Shown one piece after another: positions 41,851-56,529 of a DNA stretch of 64,000 nt. The stretch is from Octopus vulgaris. Taxonomy: Eukaryota. Each line of letters begins with the position of its first letter. The first letter of the stretch is position 1. The translations under genes and the position numbers were made by a program. The stretch is taken from assembly GCA_951406725.2 (NCBI GenBank), contig OX597815.1:75454001-75518000 (forward strand), read 5' to 3'. The notes under the pieces are model-generated. The model saw nothing but the letters and a program-made list of their open reading frames with translations, was not told where the DNA came from and did not search any database.

Positions 41851-42670
41851 TGAAAATGAAAATAGAGACAGAAGCACTCATATGCGCAGCTCAGGAACAA
41901 GCGTTATGAACCAACTATATGAAGTGCAGAATAGACAATACTACTGATAGCGACAAATGCAGAATGTGGGGTGAGAAGCGTGAAACGGTATGGCACATCG
42001 TTAGCGAATACCCGAAATTGGCACAACGCGAATACAAAAGACACCATGACAATGTGGCAACAATGATCCATTGGGAGCTCTGTGGAAACCACAACCTACA
42101 AAGAGCAAAGACGTGGTATGAAGAAACTCCAGAAGGAGTCACCGAAAATGAGAATTGCAAAATCCTGTGGGATGCAATAATCCAGTGCGATCACCCGACC
42201 AGACATCGGAAACCGGATATTGTTGTGGTGAATAAAAAGGAAAGAACATGTATGATAATCGTCATAGTATGCCTCAGGGACACCAGGATCAACGTGAAAA
42301 AAGAAGAAAAAATAAACAACTATGACGATTCGAAGTGGTAAATACGAAGGCTATAGTTAATGAAGAGAGTAGATGTGATACCAATAGTAATTAGTGCACT
42401 TGGAAGTATCAACATTCAGCTACCAGCATGGCTGAAAAAGATTGGAGTTAGTGTGAAGGGAGAATACCTACAAAAATCAGCATTGCTTGGAACTGCAAGA
42501 ATTCTTCTCAGGTTTCTTGAAGCATGATCAGTAAATAAACGTTACCTTACAGTTCTATATTTAAGAGATGAGGATTATGTATGCCATATGCCCGTAGGCA
42601 TATGGTGTAGTGGTTAAGAGCTTGGGCTACTAACACCAAGATTCCGAGTTTGATTCCAGGCAGTGACGTG
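41850..42670 (+). mobile_element. Tandem 3' copy of the family A element plus the same tRNA-like tail
   Basis: ORF 41919..42341 has the CCHC finger (CRMW...ETVWHIVSEYP) and RKPDIVV...CMII endonuclease motif; same 3' junction as at 41640. Confidence 0.88.
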
Positions 42671-43334
42671 AACAGCAACAACAACAACAACAACAATAAT
42701 GATGATGATGATGATGATAATATTAATGGTCTCAAATGGCCAGCAATTTTAGAGTAGGGGATAAGTCGATTACAATGATCCCACTTTCCAATACTTATCT
42801 TACCGACATCGAAAGAAGGGAAGGTAAAGTCGAATAATAATAATAACAACAATGAAGGTGATGAGGATGGTACTAATGATGATGATGATGGAGAGGAGAG
42901 TAGAAAGAGGAGGAGTGGAATAGGACAATGATGATGATGATAATGATGTATAATTTGAAACATGCATACAATTTATGAATAAAATTCACAAATTATCTAT
43001 TCGATAAACACTATTTGGTGAAATAAATAACTACCAGACGTAAACAAGTAGTAGGGTTAATAAAATTAACTAGATCTATTGAAAACGGTACACCAGCATG
43101 GCCGCGCCATTTATTCTTTGACTGAAACCAATAAAAAACATAAACGCATATTAATACGATATAATTCGCAATAAATAATCTAATATAAATCTTAATATGA
43201 ATGCAGTATCGCAATAAAAATACACCAGAGTTCTACAAAGTTTCAACTATATAACTAAAATAACTATACATATTTAATAATCACAGATGCATACTTACTC
43301 ACTCGCCCGCATACACATACACACTCATATATAC

Positions 43335-43365
<31 letters not shown>

Positions 43366-44385
43366 GAACAAAATAGGAACAGGCTGTTACATGGTATCAT
43401 ATTTTATAACATTTATGTAGCATATTGAACGCGCGCGCACACACACACACACTCATATATATATGTATGTATATAGCCAATCCAAATAAACAAACAATTC
43501 AAATAAACGAATAAAAACGGACAATATGAGAAAGTGCACAAGAAATGTATTAGCTTCACACTCGGTAAAAGGAGAGAGCTTGACGTATCGAGTATAGCTC
43601 TGAGTCGGAGAAACCAGGAAAAATCTGGAGGGTGGAAGTTCATGAAGACGAGTACACTCCAAAATGAAATACGAGAGAAATCGAGAAGTCCTTGGTGTTG
43701 ATTTTATATAGATAGGTAAGTAAAATTCATGGGATCACGGATAAAAGAAAAAGAACTGGGGAAATGGGATGGATTACATACCACATCCTGAACTATAAGA
43801 AAATGCACAGATCTGCTCCTAATATGCAACTTTCTCAGAAACAGCTGTAAAGTACTACCTGCATGTTTTTCCTTTCCATCACTTATATGCTTTGCACAAG
43901 TGTTCCCGTGAATTTTACTTCATATCTAGGTAGAATCTACACTAAGATTTCTCGAATTCTCTTCCAGTTCATACAAAATTTTATCCATCTACGCAGTATC
44001 GCTAAGAACTTTCACCTTCTAGATCTTATACTGGCTTCTTGCTACATTTTTATACAGGTTTATATATCTTTGTTCTCTCTTCAATATGTCAAATATGTTA
44101 TAATTTGATTTGATAACTTGCGACTGCCTAGTCATATTTTGTTCTCTTATACCAGCATCAGCCCAATCAAAGCATTCTCTAAGCAACCTCTTATTTATAA
44201 GAATCTCACATCTCTACACTTAACATCGTAGTTTAGGTACTGGCTTTGTTCTTAATACTCATCTTATGTATCTATTATGACTTTTGACAGCTTGTTAGCT
44301 AGTACAAATACATACACATATGCATCGATATACCAATATATATATATATGTACACACACCCGCACACACACGCACGTACGCGCAC

Positions 44386-44433
<48 letters not shown>

Positions 44434-44563
44434 CGTGGATGTTCTGTACATACCATGCAATATATACCGTGTGAGAAACTCTCTTATTGGCTTTTGAAGT
44501 AAAATGCACTCTTGTTTATATGACTAGCGGGGAGATGAATTGCTGCTATCTCCAACGCCGAGA

Positions 44564-44610
44564 CCACCATTTCACGCGATTTCGACCTTCCATGGTCTTT
44601 TCAGTGATGG
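44564..44610 (-). ncRNA. Degenerate type I hammerhead ribozyme at the apex of a long hairpin
   Basis: Minus strand: ccatca-CTGAAAA-gacc atggaa ggtc-GAAA-tcgcgtga-AA-tggtgg. Stems I and II are intact; core positions G8 and U16.1 are substituted. Confidence 0.6.
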
Positions 44611-44730
44611 ACGCTCGACTTCTGGAGATAGCGGCGTTTCATCTCTCCGCCATCGATATATAGAAAACAGTGTCAGAACAGGCGCTGGTGTTGCGTGTAT
44701 GTGTGTGTGTGCGCGCGCGCGCATGTATGC

Positions 44731-44806
<76 letters not shown>

Positions 44807-45065
44807 ACAGATATATCGTGGTATTCATCTCGTGTGAGCATCAATTATAGACGTGTAATGTCAAGAAACAGAGAACTATATCAGCAACAGGCAAAAATCA
44901 TCCAGGAGCATTGCTAAATACATATTTTTGTTTCCTTAAGCCGGAATTCAGAGGTCACTGTCATCCATGTTCTTGCATATATATACATGTGCGTGTGCAT
45001 GTGTGTGTGTGTGTGTATGTCTGTCTGTATCCATATATGTATGTATATATATATATATGGATATA

Positions 45066-45129
<64 letters not shown>

Positions 45130-45131
45130 AG

Positions 45132-45175
<44 letters not shown>

Positions 45176-45176
<1 letters not shown>

Positions 45177-46046
45177 GAGGACTGATCAATAAGTATCCGA
45201 ACTGTTGCCATATTAACAAAGCTAAATCATGCAGAGTAAAGCCCCTTGCCAAAGATTGACCTCGAACTCTGCTGTACATGCGCACTAAGTTTTAATGTTC
45301 CACTTCACTTCTGCTGCTTACAGCAGTGCTCGGAATGAAGGTGTGTAGCGTGTGATCGTCGCATTGACCATAACAGAGAAAGTTGTCATGGCATTACCTG
45401 CTCAGAGGTCTACGTAAAGTTGCAGAAAGTGTATGGAGAGGAGTGTATGAGCCACACATGAGTGTACGAGTGGTTCAGACGTTTCCAATATGGCCGAAAA
45501 ATATCGACATTGACCAACGCTCTGGAAGACCCGCAACAAGTTGAACTAAGAATGACATCGTAGATGTGCGTGCAGCTGTGAGGGGAAATCGTCGAATCAC
45601 CATCCGTGAGTTATCACAGGATGTGTAGATTAGCAACAGTGCAGTCCATTATCATCGAAGATATGTGTATGAGACGCCTGTCTGCCAAGTTTGTGGCAAA
45701 AACTGCTTTCAGCTGACCAAAAAGACACTCGGGTTTTAGTTGCACAAGATGTCTATGGTGGTCTCGAAAACAATGAAAACTTTTTTGAAATCTTTGCGTG
45801 GACCTCTGAGCAGGTATCGCCAAGCTTTTGGCAAAATTTAACGCAGATTCTTTGCTCAACTTCTCTGTCACGGTCAATGCAACGATCACACGCTACACAC
45901 CTTCCAAGCACAGAAGTGAGCTAGAACGGTACAACTTAATGCGCATGCACAACAAAGTTCAAGATCAATCTGTGTCAAGCAGATTTACTCTGCGTGCTTT
46001 AGCTTCGTTACTATAGTTACAGCCCGAATATTTATTGATCTACCAC

Positions 46047-46047
<1 letters not shown>
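45176..46047 (+). mobile_element. Deleted mariner element with long (~200 bp) terminal inverted repeats
   Basis: TA-flanked TIR cgaggactgatcaataagtatccgaactg and its inverted copy; transposase remnant LQKVYGEECMS..VYEWFRRF...RSGRP...NRRITIREL...SAKFV. Confidence 0.85.
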
Positions 46048-46114
<67 letters not shown>

Positions 46115-47008
46115 GTATGAATGTGTGTATGTATACTAGACTACCCATGACCCTTTGGGTCACTGAGAAAGTCCGAGTTACCCAACAATGGAATATTGTT
46201 TTTCGGGTTTTTTTTCTTTTCCCGGTTATTTTGCAGGCTTTCAACGAATATGACATCGAAACCACGCGTAAATGGCTCTTTTCCCCAGAACGAAAAGATT
46301 TGGCTACTATTTCTTGCACGCCCTGCTACCACGTGACAGGTATTTCGGGTCCTTTATCGCAAATAGCTGTTACGTGGTAGCAGGGCGTGTTAGAAAGAGC
46401 AACCAAATCTTTGGGGGTGAGATACGTTGAATGCACTCGAAAACAACCTATGGAAAAAAATTATTTCACACCGCGGTTACGAACGGGTCTTTTACAAAAT
46501 ATTTACCGTATGTTTAAAGTCATTTTCACTTCAAAATATTTTTTAAATATGCCAAAGAAATTTTTTGTAAAGGTATTCACTTGAAAATAATTAAAAAAAA
46601 CATCAAAATATTGCCTATTTAAAGAATGCTAAAATATAAGTACTTACTGTACAAACAACTTACATTTTTTAAATCACATTCACTTAAAAATATTTCTAAA
46701 GGATTAAAATATTGTGTTTAACAATAGAGACATTCGAACCATTTACTTTAAAAACAACTCGAATTTTGTCTTTGTCAAATCACCGTGTCTACTCGAAAGG
46801 TTAGAGTTTCTTCCCTTTCAGGATTAAGTTATGCTCGGAGTATTTTCCCATTATGCACCAGTTTGGCTGGGTAACATTGCAAACAAGCAAGCAAGCAAGA
46901 TTCAAGCTCACTTTTAATGTCTTCTGGTCCTGCCACTCGAAGGTCTTATATATTGCTAAATACATACATACATACATACATACATACATACATACATACA
47001 TACATACA

Positions 47009-47106
<98 letters not shown>

Positions 47107-47110
47107 AAGT

Positions 47111-47455
47111 TGTTTGTAGCCACTATAACATGACTGTCCATTCGAATGGATTTTACTGCAATTTTTTAACCCCCAAGAGGACATCTCCTCTAGCTGGTTA
47201 ACGATGCTCACACAGCTACATCAGATATATTACGATCAGGGGCGCGAACCCCCACCGCCTTCTAGCAACAAAACCAGCTGGCCAGCCTGGTTTCGGGCTA
47301 TTTCTGTCTCTCTCTCTTCAGTACTGAACACCTCGTCTGCTAGAGACAGCAGTAGCTCGCTCCTGCTCGCAATATATATAATTTCAAGCGACACATAATC
47401 GCTGATTTTGCAACAAGCAAAAATGCTAGTTCTAAAATTTCTCTAAGAGATCAAC
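47111..47455 (-). mobile_element. Retrozyme-like hammerhead repeat unit, copy 1 (inverted)
   Basis: Reverse-complement match to 47458-47772 and 50263-50546 in a different permutation; HHR relic at 47274-47327 with CTGAAGA and GAAAC intact. Confidence 0.7.
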
Positions 47456-47457
47456 AA

Positions 47458-47772
47458 GGTGTCCAGTATTGAAGAGATGTAGAAATAGCCAGAAACCAAG
47501 CTGGTCCTGTCGTTAGAAGGTCGTAAAGGTTCACTCCCCTTCTCGCAATATATTGGATGCAGCTGTGCATCGTTAACCAGCTAGGGGAGATATCCTCTTA
47601 TCCTCTCGGGGTTAAAAAATCGCACTAAATTCCGTTCGAACGGACAGCCATGTTGAAGTGGCTACAAACAGTACTTGTTAGTACAACTACTGTGTTGATC
47701 TCTTAAAGAGATTTTAAAAGTAACATTTTTGCGTGTTGAAAAATCAGCGAGCTACTGCCATCTCTACCAGAC
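47458..47772 (+). mobile_element. Retrozyme-like hammerhead repeat unit, copy 2
   Basis: HHR relic TTGAAGA...GAAACcaagctgGTC at 47463-47506; its end catctctaccagac matches the start of copy 3. Confidence 0.7.
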
Positions 47773-50262
47773 ACGTGTCAGGCTTTTTTGGTTGTTGTGA
47801 GTTTAAGTTTGTTAATGCTTCATTGTTATTTTTACAATTGTTGGAATTGAACTGTGATTTATTTGTTAATTGTTATTTTCGCCCTTGGGGGCAGAAAATT
47901 CTTAAATTTTGAAATATTTTTGTAAAAGCGACAACTGTGATTAGAACTGCGATTTTTACCCTTTGCAGGATAAAAATTAGTTTTTGTCAAAAATTATTTT
48001 TGGCTAATTTCATTCCTTTTTGAAGGAATTTGTTTACTATGAAAAATTTTCACGTCATGGATTACAATTTGTTTTCGAACGAAGGTTTCCCAGACTTGGA
48101 AAAGGCTAAAAATAATGAAAATTTAACGCAAGTACAAAAGGAAAAACGAAGTTTTTCGGCCACGGTTGGCGGCAACATGATAACAATGGAAGTCACAATG
48201 GCAAAACTTTTTAAATATAGGAACCTTGTCAAAAAAAAAAAAAAGGAAGTGATATAAAACTACTCCCTTGTCAAGAAGTTTTACAGAATATTGCGGCAAA
48301 AACTATAGTACACAAAACGTACAGTATGAAAGAAAAGAGAATTATTACATGTAAAAGTGAGGCGATAGAAAAATGCCTGTCGCCAATCTGGAACAGAATA
48401 ATTTACGTCGGCCGTGAAAGAAGGCTCAATTCGCCGATGAAAAAACGGCAAAGGATTTATCTACAATGACCTTAAAAAATGAAGAGGTGATATTACTGCC
48501 GACGTATATGGGCAGACGGACCGCTAAAATTAAAGTGGAAGAAATTCTGGCAGGTTTCGACGTTATATGGATAACGGCAGCCATTACGAGCATTCTGAAA
48601 ATGAAAAACAAAAAAGGAAATAGAGAACTGGAAAGGTCAGTCCCTCGAGATGGTCGTACAGGCCAAACCTGAAGTTTATATAGGCGAGGGGCTAAGCGTA
48701 AGGATCGGAGTAGAAGGACGTAGGCCGCGTTGCTTTAAATGCGGCGAGAAGGGTCGATGTTAACTCAGACTGTAAAGCAAAGAAGAACGAAACCCACAAA
48801 ACGCGGAAGAGAAAAAAAGCAACCAGCAAAACAATCAAAAGTTATACAAGAACCCAAGGAAACAAGAGGCAACAATACAAACCACAGAAGGTGACGAAAT
48901 GAAGTTTACCACAGTTAAATCCCCCAAAAAGAAAGATTCCTCATCCCATACAAAGAAAATATCCAAAGCAAATGCAGACACACACGAAACCCAACCCCAG
49001 ACCACCCCTTGTTAAAACCCATTTCCCATTCCCACCTCAAGACGCAAAACAAAATTATTTCTTTTAATGACAATAATAAGGTGCCCAGACGACATCAATG
49101 ATGTTAGCAAAGAGATGGGCGGCCAAAGTTTTAGGGTCAGTCCAGGGGTTACACCACAGAAGAAAAAGGATCGGGGGAAGCTGAATTCGTGCAGCCCCTC
49201 AAACTAAAAATGTAAATACCATTTTATTATGGAAATTAAGTTAGGGTGTATAAATGCGTGTAGCCTAGGGTTGAACTGGAAACAAACTTGTCTCTTGACG
49301 ACCTTAGGTCACTAGATATAGATGTATGTATTGTATCGTAGTCTAAGCTGTGTGGGCTACAAGCGTTCTCGTCCCTTCTAAATGGCTACGAGAAATGGTG
49401 AGGGAGTGAGGTCGTGTGGTCTTATTGAAGGAAAACCTGGACGTGCAGGCAAGTGCAGTCTTTCTGGACACAGAAGGTAGGCTGGTCGTTTTGAATGTAA
49501 CACATGTAAGTAAATAGTCCTTCAGGTTGGTAGCTGTCTACGCACCAAAACAAAGTAGACAGGCTGGCTGTTACCGGGAACTTCTTAGTGACGTCAAGAA
49601 CTCTAGTTGTACGAGGAGACTTTAACTCTATTCTCGATGCACGGGCGGTTAGTGCTGGCTCAACCGATAGCAAGAGAAGCCCGGGCCTCAAAAGAATTCT
49701 GTAATCTAGTAGACCGTTATAGACTGGATGAACCGCTGGTTCCACAGTAAACATGGACTAATAACGACGGTTCACTCAGATTCTATATAGATAGGAATTT
49801 CGTTAGGGATACAGATAGGAATACGTTTAGTTGTCCACGCTTTTGTTGACAAAGGAAGGTAAGGCGTGTTTCTTGTGCACAGTTGCAGTACTGAAAGAAT
49901 GTATATGGAAATCTAGAATGACGGGAAGATTCATCTCCAGCCCTGGCTTGCTATACTACTTCAGATATCATCTGAAAAGCAAGATAGGGCTGGAGAAAGA
50001 CACCTGTCGCGAAGTGTATATGGGAAAAGATAGAAGGGTATGGACAGAAAGTTGGAGGTGAATGACCCTGCTTAATCTCAACCATAGAAAAGTAGTACGG
50101 TATAGCCGGTGGACTTCACGGCCAAGGTTTAAAATTTTTTATTTAGATTTAAATACATCATCGTATTTTTAAAACTCATTTATGAACCCATGAACACTTT
50201 TTGTTTGTGATGTCCTGTATTGTCCTCTCTATGTCTGATAAATATTATCACAATAAAGAATA
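47773..50262 (+). mobile_element. Decayed, internally deleted Tx1/L1-like LINE
   Basis: ORF1 remnant with zinc knuckle RPRCFKCGEKG (~48720). APE endonuclease remnants LGCINACSL, FRLVAVYAP, VRGDFNSILD and TWTN...YIDR (49230-49830). ORF2-like C-terminus near 49860-50060, AATAAA at 50252, and a 14 bp TSD. Confidence 0.8.
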
Positions 50263-50650
<388 letters not shown>

Positions 50651-50756
50651 TGTATGTATGTATGTATGTGTGTGTGTATGTGTGTGTGTGTGAGTGTGTA
50701 TGTATGTATATTGATATATATACATATATATATATATATAAATACAGTGCTAAATA

Positions 50757-50800
<44 letters not shown>

Positions 50801-50825
50801 TATATATTATATATATATATTATAT

Positions 50826-50871
<46 letters not shown>

Positions 50872-51089
50872 ATGCGCAACAAAACAAGTATTAGATTAAA
50901 ATAGCCAGGTATGTGTCATACTTCATGTAGATGCACCACGAAAAGGCAAATTAACTGTGTTAATATCGCTTATGGACGTACGGTGTTTAAAAACATAAAT
51001 ATGAATATATATCAGGAGCCGATGAAAATCGTCCTGCAGCTGTGGTAGGTTTTATCGGTAGCATGCATGCGTTTCTATATGCATGCATG

Positions 51090-51123
<34 letters not shown>

Positions 51124-52689
51124 TGTATGTATGTATGTATGCATGCATGCATGCATGTATGTATGTATGTATGTATGTATGTATGTATGTATGTATGTAT
51201 GTATGTATGTATGTATGCTCATGCAGTATAGTTCTCAATGTAGACAATCTATATATTACGATCTGTGTTTTACAATATAAATATAATCTAAAATTTAACA
51301 CACAATATAATTCAGTATATAATAAACGCAATATAAATAGTGCAATACAATTTATAATATAAATACAATGTAATTCCTAATAATATTAAAACAATTTAAT
51401 TCACTCCGTTAATACAATATGCAAATATAAATAACATATAAGAACCATACAATATGATGACTACATGAAATATATTTCATAACGTAATTAGTAATCTAAA
51501 TATAATATTATTCTCAAATGGATAGCATATAATTAGCAATATAAATGGAATATAATTCACAATATAAATAACGTAATAATTCACAGTATACACAATATAC
51601 ACCATATTTATTTATTTATTTATTTGTCTGAGTAAACGTAATTATATAAATGACAATAGTTTTAATATTAATGAGATATATGCACATTAATTTAAATTGT
51701 TTATTTAGAATTGTACTGAAATTAATATTGTATCGTGGACATCATCATCAACATCATCATCACAGTCATCGACATCATCGTTGTCATTGCCGTCGACGTT
51801 GCAGTTATCACTATAGTTATCACCATCACCAACATCATCATCGTCGTCGTCATTATTATCGTCGTAGCCGTTAGTGTCATCATTGTATCATCGTTATCCT
51901 TATCATCATCGCCATCATCGTTATCATTGTCATCATCGCCATCATCGTCATCATCGTCGTTATCATCGTCGTCGTTGTCGTCGCCATCATCATCATCATC
52001 AGTAGCAACAGCAGCAGCAGCTTTATCGTAATCGTCGTCGTCATCTTCGTCGTCATTGTTATCGTCGTTGTCACAATCATCACCATCATCGTCATCATCA
52101 TCATCACCATCATCACCAACAACAACAACAGCGTTAATAATACTGTTTACAAGGATTAAGCAAAATCGTTAAGACATCATAAAAAAATATTACTTCGCGA
52201 CTTTTCATCCGATTCCTTATTTTGTAGGTTCAAATACCGTCGAGCGCAGCTTTTCAGGTGTCGTTAAAATAAAATAGCAGTTAAATACTAGTATCGACTT
52301 ATTCGACTGAACCTTCTCCCAATTTTTTATTCTCCCTTGTGCATTTGTCAGAAACATTTATTGGCGCTAGCATTTCAATGCTTGACTAAGTGATCTTGTT
52401 TGCTCAGTTCTTTTTATTTTTCCCTGTGTTTCGTCGGTCACGATTATTTACTCCCTTCCTCTGATGATAATTCTTGTGATGGTTATCTTTGCTCAATTCC
52501 CACTGTTGACTTTAGTCGTCATCTTTCCGAGGTCAATAAAATACCAGTTAAGTTATAAGATCCGTCTAATCGACTATAAACATTCTCCCAAAACTGTTTG
52601 GTCATGTACCATATTTACAAATCAGCGGTTTTATAATTTATCAGCTGGGAGAGGATACGATTGTCCCCCTCCTCCTAATTTCGGGACTT

Positions 52690-54230
52690 CTGCTTATATC
52701 AAAATAATTACAGTTGGTGGATTGGTACTATATATAGAGCACTTCGATTTTGTCATATTCCAAAATACCCAGATACTGATATCCATCAGTCTCAATATCC
52801 TTGATTTTGTCGCCGTTGGGTAGTTCTACACTACCAGACGACATTATTTTGCTTTTTTGTATTACAAGCATATCACACGTTCAAATCCCAAATTCCATTC
52901 CCATATCCTTACTGAATAACTGCACTGTTGAAACTAGGCCATTTATTTCACGTTCGGTCTTCCCAAAGATCTTGAAGTCATCCACATATAACTTGATTTA
53001 ACCTTCCTCTACTTTTTAAGGTGTACCCGGATATCCCTTTCCGTAGTATCTGTGTGAGGAGTATCATACAAATCACAAACACAATGGTGATAGGCTATCT
53101 CCTTGAAATATACCACTCTTGATTTTAACCTTTGCCAAAATTGCTCACATGAAGTTAACTCTGTATTCCAGTTCTTCATTGAGCACCTAATAAAAGTTGA
53201 TGTTATCAGACACCTATACCAGCTCAAGACTTTCGAAAATCCAGGAATGGGGGACCATGTCATACGTTTTTTTTTATAATCGACCTACGCCATGCTCAGA
53301 TTAGTAAGTAATTTCATGCAGTCGTTCAATACTCTTCTGTCTATCAGAAGTTGGTCTTTTGTCCCTCGTCTTTTCCTTCTGCATCCTTTCTGTTCCACTG
53401 GCAGTTTATCATTCATTTCCAAGAAGTTATAAACGTAATTGTATATTATTCCTGTCATCAGCTTCCACATCAGAGGCAAGCAGGTAATAGGCCTGTAATT
53501 ATCCACTGCATTACCTGGAGTCCTTTTAGAATTGTTTTACCTGCGGTCAGCCACCTTGAGGTTTGCGCCCCGTTGTTGATCATTTTATGAATTTACGTAG
53601 CTATTCTCCTGTGTAGTGCTGGGTAATTGTTCAGCCAATATCCTTGTATCCCATCCAACCCTGGGAATTTCCAGTTTGGGATCTTTATATTCTGTTCGGT
53701 CACCATCTCAGTCGTTATTCTAATATTACTGTTTCACCTCATATTTTTCCGACCTTAGTTCCTTCAACCATTTCGCATCTTTGTTATATTTTCTTCCATT
53801 ATCCCAGTTGTTACTCCAAAACTTTTTACTTTCTTCAGCGTCCGGTCTCTCACTACTGTTAACCTTTTCATTCAGCTGTTGATAAACACCTTTTCTGGTC
53901 CTTGTTGGAGAAATCTGTTGATTTTATATTGTTCAATTCTTTGGTCATATCTCTTGATCTTTGTCGCTTAAGCCTGCAGTCTTTGTTTCAACTCTTCAAG
54001 AACTACATTTAGCCCCTTTTTCTTTATCCAACATCTACGTTCTAGTTCCTAATATTTCTCCTCCCTCTAGATTTCACTTTTTTCCTTTCTTTCCAAGATG
54101 TTGATATGTTTTTGTACTTCGTTCATTGATTGTTTTATTCTTCTTTTCCACTAAGGTTCATTGCCTTCTTTCCCACTTTTACGGTTTGGTTCAAGGCCTA
54201 CTTTATTTCCTATATAGATGATAGTCAACA
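52690..54230 (-). mobile_element. Decayed R4/Dong-type RT region, distinct lineage
   Basis: [20 protein letters not shown]...[19 protein letters not shown] and YVDDFKIFGK on the minus strand. Confidence 0.85.
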
Positions 54231-54234
54231 GGGA

Positions 54235-55700
54235 ATCATACTAGATTGTTGCAAAACATTGCTGTAAGCTTTTGTTAGCAGTTCATGACTCTCTGTAAAG
54301 GCATTCAACCAGAAGTTGGGAATTTTATCCTTTCCTGACTTCTCGAGATCAAATCCTACATCCTCTACCTTGATACCCTCCCACTTTTGCTCTTCTAAGG
54401 AGTCTAAGTCAGTAGATATTCTATCAATCCAAGGGGCCTTTTAATTGTGTGTTTTTTCTTCTTCCCAAATTTTATTCCAAAATTCCTGCACTTCTTTCGA
54501 TGGGACAGACTTTACTGTAACTGATATTTTCCCTATATTCCGGTAAATATCTTTTGGGGTATTTTTGAACATGTTGTCCTTGAAGATTCTAACGCGCTTT
54601 TCATACCTTGCTATGCAAGCAGCTTTAGTACATTCCTTTAGCTTGATACTTTCTCTGGTGGTATCGATGTCAAGTATGGTTTTCATATATTTTTCTTTAA
54701 TTTTTGGATTTTCGTAGGTTTGATAATCTTGTCAAACTTATGATTCTTTAAACATTCTATGTCAGACCTAAGTAGCTGAATTTGGTGTTGAATACGCCCT
54801 TCCCAAGTAGGCTTTTTGTGAGAATGATGTCGTTTTCTAATCTTTTCACCACATAGAATCGTTGAGATTTTTGCGGATGCATAGTACAGGTGGCTGAGAT
54901 CTGTAATATCACATCATTAGCTGAAATTATATCCTTAAGTGCAAGGCGGATTTTACCAATTACTTTCAGATTTTCGTTAGAGTTCCGAATTCATACTGGT
55001 TTCTTTAATTTTCAACCATTCAATCACGATTTGATCTTTTAAATCATCTAGTTCAGTTGGGTCAATTTCAGTGTGACTTTCTTCATCTATTTAATTTTCA
55101 TCTGCCTTGGTATTTATGGTTGGTTCAGAGAGTATTTCACTTTGCTTATCAGCTACATTAACTCTTTCTATCATTACTGCATTTTTACCAGACTCGGGCT
55201 GGTCTATAATGATTTCCTCTGTAGTATATTCTTTAGCTACAACTTCGTTCCGTTTATCCCTTACTGACTGTTTAATTTGGTCAATCTCTGCTTCACTTAG
55301 TAATATATTTTTCATAATGTTTCTTCTGTCGTTGGCATGTTTGTTACTGTCTATGTAGGGTCTTACTTCTAGCTGATTCTGTCTCCAGTTTAGGTGGGTT
55401 TGTTCAGTATTAAATTTATTTATGGGGAAATACATGGCATGATAGAAAGACTTAAGAACTTCTTTATTATCTCCCCGAGACCATTTTTCATTTCTTTCTT
55501 TTGGTTATTTGATGACGAACGTGGATGGCCATCTGTTGGAATATTCCGGTTGTGGGGTACTTCCAGCTCCTGTGTTTCGGGAAGATTTCAGCCAGTAGCT
55601 GACTTTTCGTACCCAGTCTGGTTCCTCACTGGGGTACGCGGTCCTTATTTATACGGGTGACGGCAGATTCGGTTTGTATTTTGCTTTGTTATCATTGAGG
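54235..55700 (-). mobile_element. Decayed R4/Dong-type N-terminal region, another lineage
   Basis: ANDRRNIMKNILLSEAEIDQIK and IARYEKRVRIFKDNMFKNTPKDIYR...EFWNKIW motifs. Confidence 0.65.
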
Positions 55701-56405
55701 CATTACAGCTTGGGCGTTGTTATCATTGAGGCATTACAGCTTGTTATCATTGAGGCACGACGAGCTTGGACGTTGACATTAGGAGACGGATCTGTCTGTT
55801 TAGGATTAAATTTTTGAGACAACACCGCCCCCGAGTTGTCTAAATGAAAACATTGCTCGTAACGTGGCTTCTTACGGCTAACAGATTGTATTCGTCTGTA
55901 TTTTTTTATGTTCATTTTTTTGTTGATAGATTTATCTCCGGGCATAGATTTTAGTGGTGTTTTTAAACGTGACACGTGCTCTCATATGCGAGTATGTGTC
56001 CCGTAAATTCCACGTAGTTGTGTAAACATTGGGATGTTTGTGCACTCCTATGGGTATTAAAATGTATATATGATTGTGTAAACATTCGAGTGTATGCGTA
56101 GTTAATCAATTTGCATACTTACTGTTTTGTTCCATTTATATTTTATGATTTGTAAACTTTCCGATGTTGATTTCGCATGTGTATTTCGCACATGTCTCAC
56201 TGAGACATCGTGCAAGGGAGAAACTATGCTTTGTATGGCAGTAAAATTTCGTTTTTGTGATTATTTTCGTTAAAAGGCCGTTTCCTTCAAATCTTCCACA
56301 GGTTCCTTTATCCCATTCCACCGATGTTATTAGATTAGATTTGTATTTGAATGGAAAGCCCGGCGTAGCATATCCATGTTGTTATTCAGCGCAGAGCCGA
56401 ATCTC

Positions 56406-56514
<109 letters not shown>

Positions 56515-56529
56515 CGCTAGTGCATGCTA

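Noticed and set aside
43636-43672. catgaagacgagtacactcc...gaaa possible hammerhead relic
   Set aside because: Spacing and stems are inconsistent with the hammerhead fold.
56182-56207. Near-perfect palindrome gcacatgtctcactgagacatcgtgc
   Set aside because: Short, single occurrence with no associated motif; could be chance or part of a retrotransposon UTR.
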